64,000 nucleotides of DNA from the human T2T-CHM13v2.0 reference genome, Homo sapiens. The notes under the pieces are model-generated. The model was not told the origin of the DNA. It did no database searches and saw nothing but the letters and a program-made list of their open reading frames with translations. Below, piece after piece: positions 21,884 through 39,720 of the stretch (positions are counted from its first letter, which is position 1; each line of letters begins with the position of its first letter). A program made the position numbers and the translations under genes. The stretch lies in assembly GCF_009914755.1 (NCBI RefSeq), contig NC_060941.1; one strand, 5' to 3'.

Positions 21884-22647
21884 GGAGGGAATTGTACATG
21901 ACAACATACATAACATCAGGTTGGACTAATTAGGGAGTCATAGCAGAAGTGAATTAATTCCTAAGATCTGTGTTGCAGAATTGGGAGCCCTTCCTTTGAG
22001 GCTTTACTGACATGAGTGCTCAGGTCACTCTTGTATCTACTGGGGTTACTTGGCTGAAAGGCTGCCTTTTAAAAAAATTTTAACAGATCCTAAATCCATA
22101 GGCTTAGGAAATAGTTTACATCATTTACAAAGAATTTTGAGGAAATTACCTTGCTTTGTTAAGTTTGGATGCATCCTTATTTTTTAAACTTTAGAAAATT
22201 ACACGTTTAAGACATTTTTGATAAAAATACAGAAAAGAAAAAAAGGAAGGAAGAACAGACGAGAGAGAGATTAGACTGTGATCTCACCTCATTTTGGTGT
22301 TTTTGTCCCTAGACCCTTTGTCTAACGTATAACGTATGTATGTTGTTCTACTTTACAAAGATGGGATCCCATACCGATTGTTGAGTTAATTGCTTGATTC
22401 ATTTAACTGCATATTGTGGACATTTTCCTTATTAATATTCTTCTGTAACGTTGTTACCATTTGGTTACTATTATATTGTGTAGCTATTACATCATTCCAC
22501 TTCATTAGTCCTTTAGTCCTTGTTGTTCCTAATTTTTTGCTAAACAATGCTTTGATGAACATCCTGTTGGACAATTTGCACACATCCTTAATACTTCCCT
22601 TTAGGTAAATTCCTAGAAGCAGAACGCTGGATCACAAAGGTTGCACC

Positions 22648-23138
<491 letters not shown>

Positions 23139-23472
23139 GAGGTTCCACGTTTCTAAGTGTTTGATACAGGCTGCTAAACTGCTTACCAAGAACTGTGACA
23201 TCCTCCTTAGCCCTTTTCACGAGGGTGCTCGTTTCTCAGTGCTCTTGTATGCATTTGTAGTCTAATGTTTTAGAATCTCTTATACCTGTTGGATGAAATA
23301 TAGACTCTCTTCTTTGCTATCCTACTTTGAATGTGTTTGATTAGGATCAAGGCAGGATATGATTCACATGTTTCTTAGCCACCTGCATTTAAAAATTTTG
23401 TCAATTGCTTCTTATTGCTTGTTTCTAAAGGGAAGTTCTTTATTAGAGTTCTAAACTAAAAAAGTGCTTTGA

Positions 23473-23769
23473 GGCCAGGCGCAGTGGCGCATGCCTGTAA
23501 TCCTAGCACTTTGGGAGGCCAAGGTGGAGGATCGCTTGAGCCTAGGAGTTTGAGACCAGCCTGGGCAACGTGGTGAAACCCCATCTCTACAAAAAGTACA
23601 AAAATTAGCTGGGTGTGGTGGCACATGCCTGTGGTCCCAAGTACTTGAGAGGCTGAGGTCGGGGGATCACCTGAGCCCAGGAGGTCAAGGCTGCAGTCAA
23701 CTGTGAGAGAACCACTGCACTCCAGCCTTGGTGACAGAGTGAGACCTTGTCTCAAAAAAAAAAAAAAAA
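23473..23769 (+). mobile_element. AluJ
   Basis: ggatcgcttgagcc..ggaggtcaaggctgcag. Confidence 0.92.
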
Positions 23770-23955
23770 TCATTGAAAGCTTTTATTCATTGAATAAATG
23801 TTAACTGCCCATAACATGCCAGGCATTGGGGCCAGAGATAAATAAGTCATGGCCGCTGCCCTAGATGCTACCTTAAATGTAAAATATTAAAAAAACCTTG
23901 ACTAATTTTTTCTCCTTAGCACTTGTTACTGCTGGCATACTCAGGGTTCTTTGTC

Positions 23956-24261
23956 TTTTTTTTTTTTCTTTTTTCTTTTTTGAGTTAAGGTCTTGCTCTG
24001 TTACCCAGGCAACCAACCCATGGTACAATCATGGCTCACTGCAGCCCCAAATCCCTGGCCTCCAGCCATCCTCCCACCTCAGGCTACAGAATAGCTAGGA
24101 TTACAAATGTAAGCCACCTTGCCCAGCTAATTTTTAAATTTACGTGGAGATGGGTCTCGCCATGTTACACAGGCTGGTTTTGAATTCCTGGCCTCAAGTG
24201 ATCCTCCCACCTTAGCCTCCTAAAGTGTTGGGATTACTGGAGTAAGCCCTTGAGCCCAGCC
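23956..24261 (-). mobile_element. AluJ (diverged)
   Basis: Reverse consensus. Confidence 0.85.
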
Positions 24262-25568
24262 TCTCTGTCTATTTCTGTTTCCCTTCTATTTTCCTTCTTT
24301 TTGTTTTTTCATTTTTAGAAAATCTCCAGGAAGGAAAGAATTTAGCTTCTTTTGTTAATTGTGCTATGCCAGGCATCTAGAACAGGGCCAGGCCCTCATT
24401 AAATATTTGTTGAATGGTTGGAAGCATGATCTTTTGGTCCTGGCAACTTTGACTCATTGGCTTACCTGGTAATGGGAATCGGGCTAAAATTGCTTAATAA
24501 GCTTAGACTGGTAAGAAACACTCCATTTCTTTTCAGCCCTGTCATTTCATTAGTCTAGTTTGGGAGTAGGTAAACCTGGCGCCACCTTGTCTGTATAAAG
24601 GTATGTGAGCACATATCATTTTTTCCCAGGGACAGTCACACTGTTTATGGAGGTGTGATGTCAACAGCCCTTGGGGTTGCCAGGTGTTAACCCAATGGGC
24701 AATTAACAGTGTCATGCCATCCTTTTCTTGGGAGGCAGCTGCCACTCTGGGGTGTGGGTAGTGCCTGTCACGTGGTCGGGATGAGAGCCAAGGATGATAG
24801 TGAAGCCTGAAGCTTGGGAAAGTCAGGAAAACCGTGAGGTTCCAGATCAGCAGGAAGTCCACAGTTAAGGGAGCCTTCTGGGAAGAAATTAGGACCAGCC
24901 AGAGATTCATGGGAGCATGGCAGGGTATCAAGTTCCATCAATAGGGGAGAAAAGGCCAGACAAACCTCAATAGGGGATTAAAGGCTCTTGAAACCTCAGT
25001 TTACCCCCCAGATAAGGATGAGGTCTCTTTCTTTCCAGGTACCATCACCCAGGGCAGGACCTTCATAGGAAGGCCTGTTTCAGCCGCAACCTAAACTGTT
25101 CTCATTTTTCTCTTTTCTAAAAGCCACCTTCCAGCAGGCTACACCTGGCGGCCTGCACAAGGCAAAGCACCTTCCTGGCAAGGGAGCCAAGGGCCAGAAG
25201 CAGGCCGCATTCTCAGGCACAGTGGAAAGGGAAGGAAAGGGAAGGGGGCTTGGAACCTAAGACACTGCATAGCAAATTCATCTCTACCCAATTCCAGCCT
25301 TTCTGTTGACTTACAGCCAACTGGAGTTTGAAAGTGTGGGGATAAACTGATGGGAGAGCTGAGGTTTGGGAGTCTGAGCTGCTTTGAGTGGTCGGTGAGC
25401 TCTGTTTGCTCCAGAAGCTAATGAGGATGCAATAAAGACAACAAATAGAACCTTCTTTCCCTTTGGGCTATTCCTGGGTATAGGAATAGCCCAGGCTGGC
25501 TGTTTGTGGCTGGCTGGGTCAGGGACCGAACCATAGTGAGCATTTTTGAATCGGACATGAGTTGGTTA

Positions 25569-25910
<342 letters not shown>

Positions 25911-26461
25911 AACCACCCAAAGTCTTGGAGGGGGAAATTAATCTCCTGGTTGAAGGCTCTGGCATTCTGTGGACTGCCCAGCAAGCCATTTATACGACCA
26001 ATATTTATTGAGTGCCCACTCAGTGACAAGTGTTATGATGAAAAATTAAGATGCATTTCTCTATTTAAGGCATTTGCATGTACTTTTATGTTCTTTTAAA
26101 ATTTCACATCTTGGTTACATCTTATATTGCAGTCTTTGGTTTTAAGGGCCTTGACAACTTTACGGAGGAAGAGAATCCTATGAATATGAAGCCCTATTTT
26201 CACTCAGGGAGCAGCCCTGCCACACTATATCCTTTGCCATGGTTGTTTTTCTTTATAGCATTTCTCATGACCTGGCAGAAATAGATTAGTCTGCTTGCTT
26301 GTTGTCTATTTTCCCTTTAGAATATAAGCTAATTATATTGGGTAGGGGTTGGGGGTGCTTTTTAAAGTTGTGGTGGGATATCCATGGCTTAGAACAGTGC
26401 CTGGTCCTCAGCAGGCACTAAACTCCTTGCTAATGAATGAAAGACTTTTCTCTCTATATAA

Positions 26462-27152
<691 letters not shown>

Positions 27153-27469
27153 TATTTTTAAGATTTTAAAAACACATTATTATTAATATTATTTAATTAC
27201 AAAAGCAAAGGATATTGCATTAGGGATTATAGACGCTATGGCCTGGGTTTAAGATTTAGGCTAGAGAAAAGGCATAGTTGCCTATGACCCAAATCTTAGT
27301 TCCTTTGTAACCTATATCATCTAAGTTCAGCCTTTCATACCAGCGAAAATCTCTGTCTATGGTGACTTTTTTCAGGATTTGGGGTATTTTCCAGAATGTT
27401 CTGTCAGTCTTGCCTTTGAAGTTATAGCCACCAGACCATTGGTTCATTCTTTCACTTTCGTTGAAGCAT

Positions 27470-28500
27470 ATTAAATGAGTGTTTGCTAAGTGCCTGTTGC
27501 TGGGGATATATTAAGACAATCAACACTGTCCCTACACTCAGTGAGTTTTGGTTTCTTGGGGGAGATTGGACATCTCTGTAACCAAAAGGCCATGTTTAAT
27601 AAGTCTCTTGTGAACTGTGTAGAGCTCCATGTGAGCTCAGAGGAAGGAGTGCTCACTTTGGGACTTTGAGTATCAGGGAAGGCTTCCTGGAGGAGCTAGC
27701 ATATGAGTGAGACTTCAAAAGGCAGAGGAGAAGGTGGGTTGGCCAAGCCTAGGCAGCAGCTGCAGTGTAAAGGGCAGGGGAAGTCAACAAGATAGGCCCA
27801 TAGAGGAAGGGAATCATCTATTTGGGGGACCATGCTGGTGGGTCTGGCCAGACCTAGAGAGGTGATCCATAGGATATAGACCGTAGAAGTGGGCTGGAGT
27901 TGCTTTGGGAAGGCCTTGAGTATGAGACTACTTTGTTCCTTATCACAAAGGTAACAAGATGCCAAAACAAGTTTTGGAGGCAGGGATGCTCTGCATACAG
28001 TGGGATTTTAGAAAGATTATTCTTATGGTTATGTGTGGACTGCTGGGCTGAAACAAGAAGAAATTCGAGGGAGAGAAGTTTGGGGAGAGAGGGACAGACA
28101 AATAAGAAACTTTGGATTATGGGCGATGTGGGAAGAAAGTACTGAAATATGACTAGATTTACTTGAGTTTAGGAAGGGAAAGTCTTTGGGCTTTGGTGAC
28201 CACATGCGTGAGATGCAAGCTGGGGAGGGAAATGATTAGGGGGATTTGATGAGTGCCTTGTGCTTCACTGACTGGAATGATGGCACCATTGGCAGAAACA
28301 TGAAAATTGTTTTGGAAATTTCTGTTGGGGCAAAGGAAAATCTGTTTGGGGTTTCGGCATGTAGAGCTGGAGGTGGTGGTGGGACATCTGGTGGACATAT
28401 CTGCCAGACCATTAGCAACTGGCCAGTCAGTGGGTGTCCCTTGCCCAGCTAGATCTATACCCTTAGAGATTAGCAAAAAATGCTGGCCAAAGGAATAGAG
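27470..28500. mobile_element. L2 LINE remnant
   Basis: agggaaggcttcctggaggag, ggattttagaaagatta, ggacatctggtggacatatct..cattagcaactgg typical of L2. Confidence 0.6.
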
Positions 28501-29539
28501 AGAGATTAGGTTGAAGCTGATTTTGAGATGTCTTGCTCACCTGATTCAGTAGAGTTAAGTATGCCCCATCTCGTCAGAATTTCCACAGTGGGCCTGTGTG
28601 CATTACATATCACCTTCTGTGAGTGTGTGATGTGGCCGAAGTCCAGCATCTTTACTAGCTAGGGTTCGGGCTTGTACCCAGATCTCTCTTAGGGTAGCCG
28701 GTCAGCCTCCACCCCTCCCAGTGGTGGAATCTGGCCTCTGTTTCCTGAATCTCAGAGTTTGTGACAGGAGAGATGTTGGGATCCTCATGCATGCTCTCAG
28801 GGACTGTGACATTAACCTCTTTGGCTCAATCCAAGAAAGACCTTGTACTGGGACCCATGCCTCGGCAAACCCCTTCCTAATGATTTATAAAGGCAGAGGG
28901 TAGGGCAGCCCTCACTCACCTTTTTTACCACCACAAGGGCTGGTTTTATAACTTCTGTTCCCTTTCGGGGCTGATTTCCATCTTCCTTTCCACTTTATTT
29001 TTTCTGGATTTGGTATATTGGAAGCAGGGGCTGGGGCAAAGGTTGCTGATGGTTAATTGCCATGCCCAGCCCCTGGGCCCATCTCCCAGGGAGAAAGCTC
29101 AACCACAAGGGGGAAGGAATTACATCAGTTTGGGCCCTTCGGCACCTCTTAGAATCCTGCCAGGCAAAGCCCGTTCATTAAGATAAGGCCAATAGTCCAG
29201 TCCTGACAAACACCAGTTTTGGGTCCAGGCCGCGTGGGAGGGGTGGCAGCTTGGAAGATGATGCCAACATTTTCCGAGGGGCCTGGCCTGCCATTAGATG
29301 ACTCAGTGCGTTTCCCAGCACCTCAGCCAGGAGGCAGGGAGAGAGCCGCAGCCCTTATTAATTTTTTTCCTCTTGGGATAGGACTGTTTTGTCTTGGCAC
29401 CAGGTCCACAGGAAAGCCTTCATTCATCCCCTCCCTGTCTGTGATCTCATCAGCCAGAGCACAGCTTCACCCAGGGAAGCAGAGCCCCAGAGCCTGAACG
29501 AGCTGTACCAGTCCATTGTCCCAGGCCACTGGCCTTGAA

Positions 29540-29950
29540 GTAAGACCTACTTGAGTTTAAGCCCTAGCTCCTCTGGGTCTCAGTTTACAATATGTACAAT
29601 GGAAGCAATAATCACAGCCTCACAGGCTCATTGTGAGGACTGAGGGAGGGAAAGCATGTAAAGCACTTAGCACAGTGCTCTAGCCCAATACATGGTAGTA
29701 ATTGCTAATACTCCCCCTTCTTGAGTAGCAATATAATAGTTGTTAATAGTGTGTTTTCTGGAGAGTTAGACAATTCGAACAGGGTGGGTTTGAGGCTTGA
29801 GGCCTCATCTTTCTAGTTGAGAGACTTTGGGAAACTTCATCTTGCTGAGTCTGTTTCCTCATTTAAAAAATGGGAATAACACTACCTATCTCATGGGATT
29901 ACTGTGAGGATGAAATTAAGCAGACCAAGTGTTTAGCACAGTTGCCAGTG
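29540..29950. mobile_element. Two MIR fragments
   Basis: ctcagttt..aaagcacttagcacagtg and gtttcctcattt..aaatgggaataac cores. Confidence 0.6.
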
Positions 29951-30056
29951 CATACAAGAGAACTTCGGAAAGTTCATAGAAAAATGGAATTAAAAGATAA
30001 AATTAAAAGATATAAACTTTATTTCTCAACGTAAGCTCCCTCAAGGTCAAGACACC

Positions 30057-30344
30057 TTTTTTTTTTTTTTTTTGAAACAGGCTTGCTCTGTCACCCAGTG
30101 GCATGATCTTGGCTCACTGCAACTTCCACCTCCCAGGTTCAAGCGGTTCTCAAGCTTCACCCACCTGAGTAGCTGGGATTACAGGCACATGCCATCACAT
30201 TCAGCTAATTTTTCTATATTTTTAGTAGAGACGGGGTTTCACCATGTTGGCCAGGCTAGTCTTGGACTCCTGGCCTCAAGTGATCTACCCGCCCCAGGTC
30301 TCCCAAAGTGCTGAGATTACAGGTGTGAGCCACTGTGCCCAGCC
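30057..30344 (-). mobile_element. Alu inserted in HSMAR2
   Basis: TSD aaggtca(a/g)ga(c/t)ac at 30043-30055 and 30345-30357. Confidence 0.93.
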
Positions 30345-30486
30345 AAGGTCAGGATACTTTCGTAACCATGATATCAGCCATTTATTTAGTACATCCCTAA
30401 AGAATTGAGGATCTGGGGATTTTAAGCATGTTAATGCAGTCTTTTTTACATTATTAACTGAAGAAAAATGGCTACCCTTTAAAGAG

Positions 30487-30857
<371 letters not shown>

Positions 30858-31854
30858 TAAAGATTTTTTAAGATTAGGAAACAAAAAGTCTTCAGAGGGA
30901 GCCAAATTGGGACTGTAAGGTGATGTCTACTGATTTTCCACTGAAACTCTTGCAAAATTGCCCTTGTTTGATGAGAGAAATGAGCAGGAACTTTATCATG
31001 GTGGAAAGGTCTCTCTGATGAAGGTTTCCTGGGCATTTTTCCACTAAAGCTTTGGCTAATCTTCTCAAAACACTCTCGTAATAAGTACGTTATTATTCTT
31101 TAGCCCTCCAGAAAGCAAAATGCCTAGAACAACCCACAAAATGGTTGCCATGATTTTTGCTCTTGACTGGTTCACTTTGCTTTGACTGGACTACTTCCAT
31201 CTCTTGGTAGCCACCGCTTTGTCTTCAGGATTGTACTGGTAAAGCCAAGTTTCATTCTTGGTTACAATTCTTCAAAAAAAAAAAAGCTTCAGGATCTTGA
31301 TCCCACTTGTTTAAAATGTGTGAAATTTTGAAAGCTCTGTTCTTGTCAGCAGCTGACCTGGGCCCAATGGTTTTGCCACCCATTGGGTGGAAAGTTAGCT
31401 CAACTTTAATTTTTCAGTAAGGATTGTGTAGGCCAAATCTGTTGAGATATCTGTGGTGCTGGCTATTGTTTCTGCTGTTAATCATTGATCCTTTTCAATT
31501 AGCACATGAACAAGATTACTTTTTTTCCTCACAAATTGATGTGGAGGGTCTGCTGCTGTGGGCTTCATCTTCAACATCATCATGTTTCTTCTTAAAATGA
31601 ATTATCCATTTGTAAACTGCTGACTTCTTTTGGGGCTTTGTCCTTTTACACTTTTATAAAGCGTCAATGATTCCACCATTTTTCCACCCAGGCTTCACCA
31701 TAAATTTAGTATTTTGTATTGCTTCAATTTTGTAGAATATGTGTTCTGATAGGGACTCTCTTCAAACTGATTTCTTATCTTTCTTGGTGCTTCAAGCTAG
31801 ATCCTGTTCAGACATGTTATAGCAAGTTAGAACAAATTTATTTTGGTGCAAACA

Positions 31855-31988
31855 TTTATTTTATTTTTTTAGAGACAGGTGTCTCACTGTGCTGCCCAGG
31901 CTGGTCTCGAACTTCTGGGCTCAAGTGATCTGTCTACCTCAGCTTCCCAGAGTGCTGGGATTACAGGTATGGGCCACCATGCTTGGCC
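31855..31988 (-). mobile_element. Alu monomer (FLAM-like) in HSMAR2
   Basis: Left-arm reverse consensus flanked by gtgcaaa repeats. Confidence 0.85.
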
Positions 31989-32311
31989 CTGTGCAAAAAA
32001 AAAATTGGAAATCCATGCATAGTTTTTTCATAATATGCATATTATTCATAATATTATTCATAATAGGCATATGTAATATGTTACCTTTCCCACAAACCCC
32101 ATTAATCCCTTCTCTGATCTTTATTGATTTGGGTACCTCTTACAATCCATCTTGCATTGTTCCTGTTTATGTCCATCGCCCTCAAAAATATAAACTGGGC
32201 CTCCTAGGCTCACTTTGTTTTCACCTTGAGGCATGTCTTACACATTATTTTTGTGTTCACACCCACAAATCCAATCCTAAAAGCACTGAAATTGGAAAGG
32301 ATTACATTGCG

Positions 32312-32720
32312 TGCCGCATGGAGGCTGGTGCCTGTAATCCCAGGACTTTGTGGGGGGCTGAGGTGGGAAGATTGCCTGAAGTCAGGAGTTCTTTTTTGTT
32401 TTGTTTTGTTTGTTTTTAGACGGAGTCTCACTCTGTCGCCCAGGTTAGAGTGCAGTGGTGCTCACTGCAACCTCCGCCTCCCGGGTTCGAGCGATTCTCC
32501 TGCCTCAGCCTCCGGAGTAGCTAGGATTACAGGTGCCCACCATCATGCCTGGCTAATTTTTGTACTTTTAGTAGAGACAGGGTTTCACCATGTTGGCCAG
32601 GCTGGTCTCGAACTCCTGGCCTCAGGTGATTTGCCCGCCTCGGCTTCCCAAAGTGCTGCAGCGCCTGGCCGAAGTCAGGAGTTCTTGACCAGCCTGGGCA
32701 ACACAGTAGACCCCATCTCC
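32312..32720. mobile_element. Nested Alus: sense monomer interrupted by antisense AluS (32392-32670)
   Basis: 16-bp TSD gaagtcaggagttctt at 32378 and 32671. Confidence 0.9.
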
Positions 32721-32962
32721 TAAAGGAAAGGATTACCTTGTACATTATACAGCAAAAGTTCTTAAAATTGTTTTTAAAATGTATCTCTTCCTTTAAGTTT
32801 CCACTCCCTATGTAAGTTGCCTATCCCTCTTTCCCTCCTTTTTGGGCTAGTATCGTCTCCAGCTTGCTTCCAAGTCCGCTAGGGAATACACACGCGCGCA
32901 CACACACATACACGTGTGTGTTTACGTACTAAAAATATATAAACATTAATAATGCAAGATGG

Positions 32963-33461
<499 letters not shown>

Positions 33462-33872
33462 TCATCAAATATTTGAGCGTCCACTTTGCCTAGAACCAAG
33501 TTATCTGTTGGGATGAGCAAGGCATAAGAGGTTCTAGCTCTCATAGAACTTAGAATTCTACTGGAGGAAGATGAGAACAAATACAAAATGTAAACAGTGG
33601 AAGTTCTGTAAAAACAACACAGAGCTTTGTGAGAGTGATGCTTAGAATGCTCCTGATGTTCCATTGGGTGTTCGAGCAGGGGGAATGGACTCGGAGGTGA
33701 ACTATGAGCCGAGATTCATTTTATAAACGGGAACACAGACACATGGACACTTGAAGGGCCTTGGTGGCCAGAAAACTGAAGGCAGGTTCCCATCCGTCTT
33801 GGCACCACTCTCCCGAATAGCAGTTTCAGGGAACTGCACAAGCCAAAACCAGCCGGTCGCAGAGTCCAGGAG

Positions 33873-33908
33873 CGCCTGCGCAAGAGGACGCCTGCGCAAG
33901 AGGACGCC
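33873..33908 (+). repeat. 16-bp tandem duplication CGCCTGCGCAAGAGGA x2.25 in promoter
   Basis: Units at 33873-33888, 33889-33904, partial 33905-33908. Confidence 0.9.
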
Positions 33909-34029
33909 GTCAGCTTGGCGTCAGCGCGCCGGGCTCTGGCCCGCCCCCTGTGATACCAGCCCCGCCCCACCCCGCCCCGCATACCCGTGCGCTGCCGCGC
34001 ATGCTCCGAGCCCCGCCCCCGTGCGTCAC

Positions 34030-34214
34030 AGAATGGCCTCGGACACCCAGGCAGTCCCTGACGTGTCGGGGAGGAGCCGGGCGCGGAGGTACGCTGAGTG
34101 GAGCTCGGGGCTGCGTAGGGGAGCTGAGCCGAGCGGCTGGGCGGGCCTGGCCGGGCCAGCGGAGGGGAGACGTCGGTTGAGCGGCGGCGAACATGCGCTT
34201 TTGACACATTGGAG
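34030..34214 (+). other. NDEL1: NDEL1 exon 1 (non-coding 5' UTR; start approximate)
   Basis: Lies in CpG island, ends at strong donor GAG|GTGAGC (GT at 34215). Confidence 0.85.
34193..34204 (+). other. Short uORF M-R-F-stop in NDEL1 5' UTR
   Basis: gaacATG CGC TTT TGA inside exon 1. Confidence 0.75.
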
Positions 34215-36132
34215 GTGAGCCTGCAGCGCGGGGCCGCTCCCTAAGGGGCTGCGCTGGGCCGGCGGCGCCGAGGCCTGCCCTTGGGGAGCCTTCCCGGCCC
34301 GGGGCCGTGTCTGAGGCTCCGCCGGGGCGGGCCGGGCCGGGTTCCGGGGCGGCCAGCCTGGGGGCAACTGTTCCAACCGCTCTAACTGTCCCCTCCCTTC
34401 CCTGGTCCGATGTGTGGCCCCCCAGGGGCGCCTGCAAGGGAACGATTCCGGTGGCCTCCGGAGGATGTGCCCCGTTCCGGGTAGGGTGAGGGCTGGCGGT
34501 GACGGAGGCCGGGACGTGGCACCGTGGGCTGGGGCGCTGGCGGCGCAAGGAGTGGCCCAGTCGGAGGTGGCAGCGGCGCGCCCAGCCCGCCTCCTCCTAC
34601 CCCCTCTTCGAAATTCCTTCATTTGCGAGGGTGGCTTGGAGCGGGGTTGCATTTTGATCTCTCAGTGCCTCTCTCCCATGGGGGGCGAGAGCGCGAGCAG
34701 CCCACGTTGGGCTCGGATTGGCATTCTCCTGACTCCCGCCCGGAACTGCTAATCATCCTCCCCCTGGAGTTCGGCAAAGTGTCACCAACGGGCTCGGGTT
34801 ACTTGTGCTCGACTCTTTTCTTGCTGTAAGCCATGAGATGACCCTTTAAGTTTTGCAAAGGAGGTGAGAGTTCTGTCACCACTGATTATTACCTTCTATT
34901 TACGTAGCACCTTTACACGTTTCAGAGCACTCTTCTTCCTATCTTTTTCTAACCGCATCACCTTGTGGTTGCAACTGATTATGTTATCGCCATTTCGATG
35001 GGTAAATGGAGCTGGGATGGGGGTAATTATTTATACTTAGGTTCAACCAACTGGTGAGTGGTTTAGCTTGGATCATAATTTACATTTCTAGGCTCGGAGT
35101 TCTGGTTTCTTTTCGTGGGATTTTTATACCCTTCTCAGCTACAAAACAAGGCAGAAAATGTGACTTGCCAAAGATATGCCAGAAGCTGGTAGATTACTTA
35201 CTCAATTATTTTTGAGAAAACTCACCTAGGATAAAAACGGCTGCTCAGTCATGAGAAAAATCTTCCTGTGAAGCTTGTTCAGGAGTTGCTGGTTAATTGC
35301 TTTGCTAAATCGTGAAGTTGATGGGCACAGTGCAGCGTTAAGTCATGGGCTGAAGAGAAGTAAAGGGAAACCAAGTGAAGTATTTCTTCTGAATTATTAT
35401 TAAAATTATTGTTATTTAAAATTAGAGTGCGTGAGAAACAAAACCTTTGGCCAGCCCTGGTTAGAGGTTGACTTGATCCAGATAGAAGTTGCTAAATCTT
35501 CTGAAGCTGTAGTTCTTTTGATTTTTTTAAATTAAATAAATTGAAGTTGGATAAAGAGCTTAAAATAAGTAGGAACCTTAGTAAAACTTAGATCTTGCTT
35601 TCATGACATCTGCAAAACAACTTATTTTTGTTTTCATTTTAAACCATGCTGGGATAAATTTGGTTACTAAAGCTTAAAATTACTTCTGACGTAAGTTTCT
35701 GAGCACTCCATAAAGTAAAAAAGAAGTCTGATAGAATCAAAGAGAGACCGTGTTTATGATCAACTTTGAAGAGTTAAAAATTCTGTAAATGTCACCTTTG
35801 AGAGTAGTAGAATTTCAGTAAAAAGGCATATATTGCCAACAGTGAGTTCTGAAAGAACTCTTCTAACGTCAGTCCATTTTAGAACTGTTAACCAGAAACA
35901 ATATCATTGAAAATAGATTTTCTTACCATTGTACAAAGAATAATTTCCTTGTAAATAAAAGGCATTTTGGACAGGCTGTTTTAAACTCAAATGAGTTGAT
36001 TGTTGCTAGATTTCTGAAGGTCATACACAGTATGATAATGCTTTACGTAAAAATTGTCATGCTTTTGAGACTGTGTCCGTATTGAGATCTGGTATTAAAG
36101 AAAGATGGGGTGGGGGCGGGCAGAGAATAATA

Positions 36133-37830
<1,698 letters not shown>

Positions 37831-37944
37831 TGAAATGATCAGTTTTAAAGAATCATTTGCATGTTTTAAATTTTGAAGCCTGTTTACTTTGTGGTCATAC
37901 TTGAAAGGTCTGCTATCGAACTACCAATTTTTAATAGCTTGATG

Positions 37945-38195
37945 AACATTTAGGTTTTTACTATGTGCCAGGTTCTGTCCTAAGTACTTTACAAATATTA
38001 GCTCACTTCATAAGCTCATTTTAATGATTATCCCCATTTTACAGGTGAGGAAATGGGGCACTGAGTCATTAAGTCACTTGCCCAAGGTCACCCAAGTAGT
38101 GAGTAGATGCATCAGTAGCGAGTCTGAACTTCCAGGTCTGACTTCAGACTTGGGCAGTTTGGCTTCCCGGTCTGGGCTCTTAACCACTATGCTAT
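37945..38195. mobile_element. MIR
   Basis: ccccattttacaggtgaggaaa..aagtcacttgcccaaggtcac. Confidence 0.75.
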
Positions 38196-38199
38196 GCTG

Positions 38200-39720
<1,521 letters not shown>

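Larger units (their letters stand above)
33850..34810. promoter_or_regulatory. NDEL1: CpG-island promoter of NDEL1
   Basis: Very high GC and CpG density; GC boxes (33940-34020), NRF1-like GCGCCTGCGCA 33872-33882, CRE half-sites CGTCA/TGACG at 33908, 33919, 34024, 34059, 34500; no TATA box seen. Confidence 0.93.

Noticed and set aside
34137-34214. In-frame CUG (34137) or ACG (34170) that could extend NDEL1 N-terminally by up to 30 aa
   Set aside because: Frame is open only from 34128 and the contexts are weak (CUG has -3 C); no supporting evidence from sequence alone.
33716-34829. Multiple overlapping 100-212 aa ORFs on both strands
   Set aside because: Expected in a stop-poor CpG island; Pro/Arg/Gly/Ala-rich with no recognisable domain. 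Only the spliced uORFs were kept.
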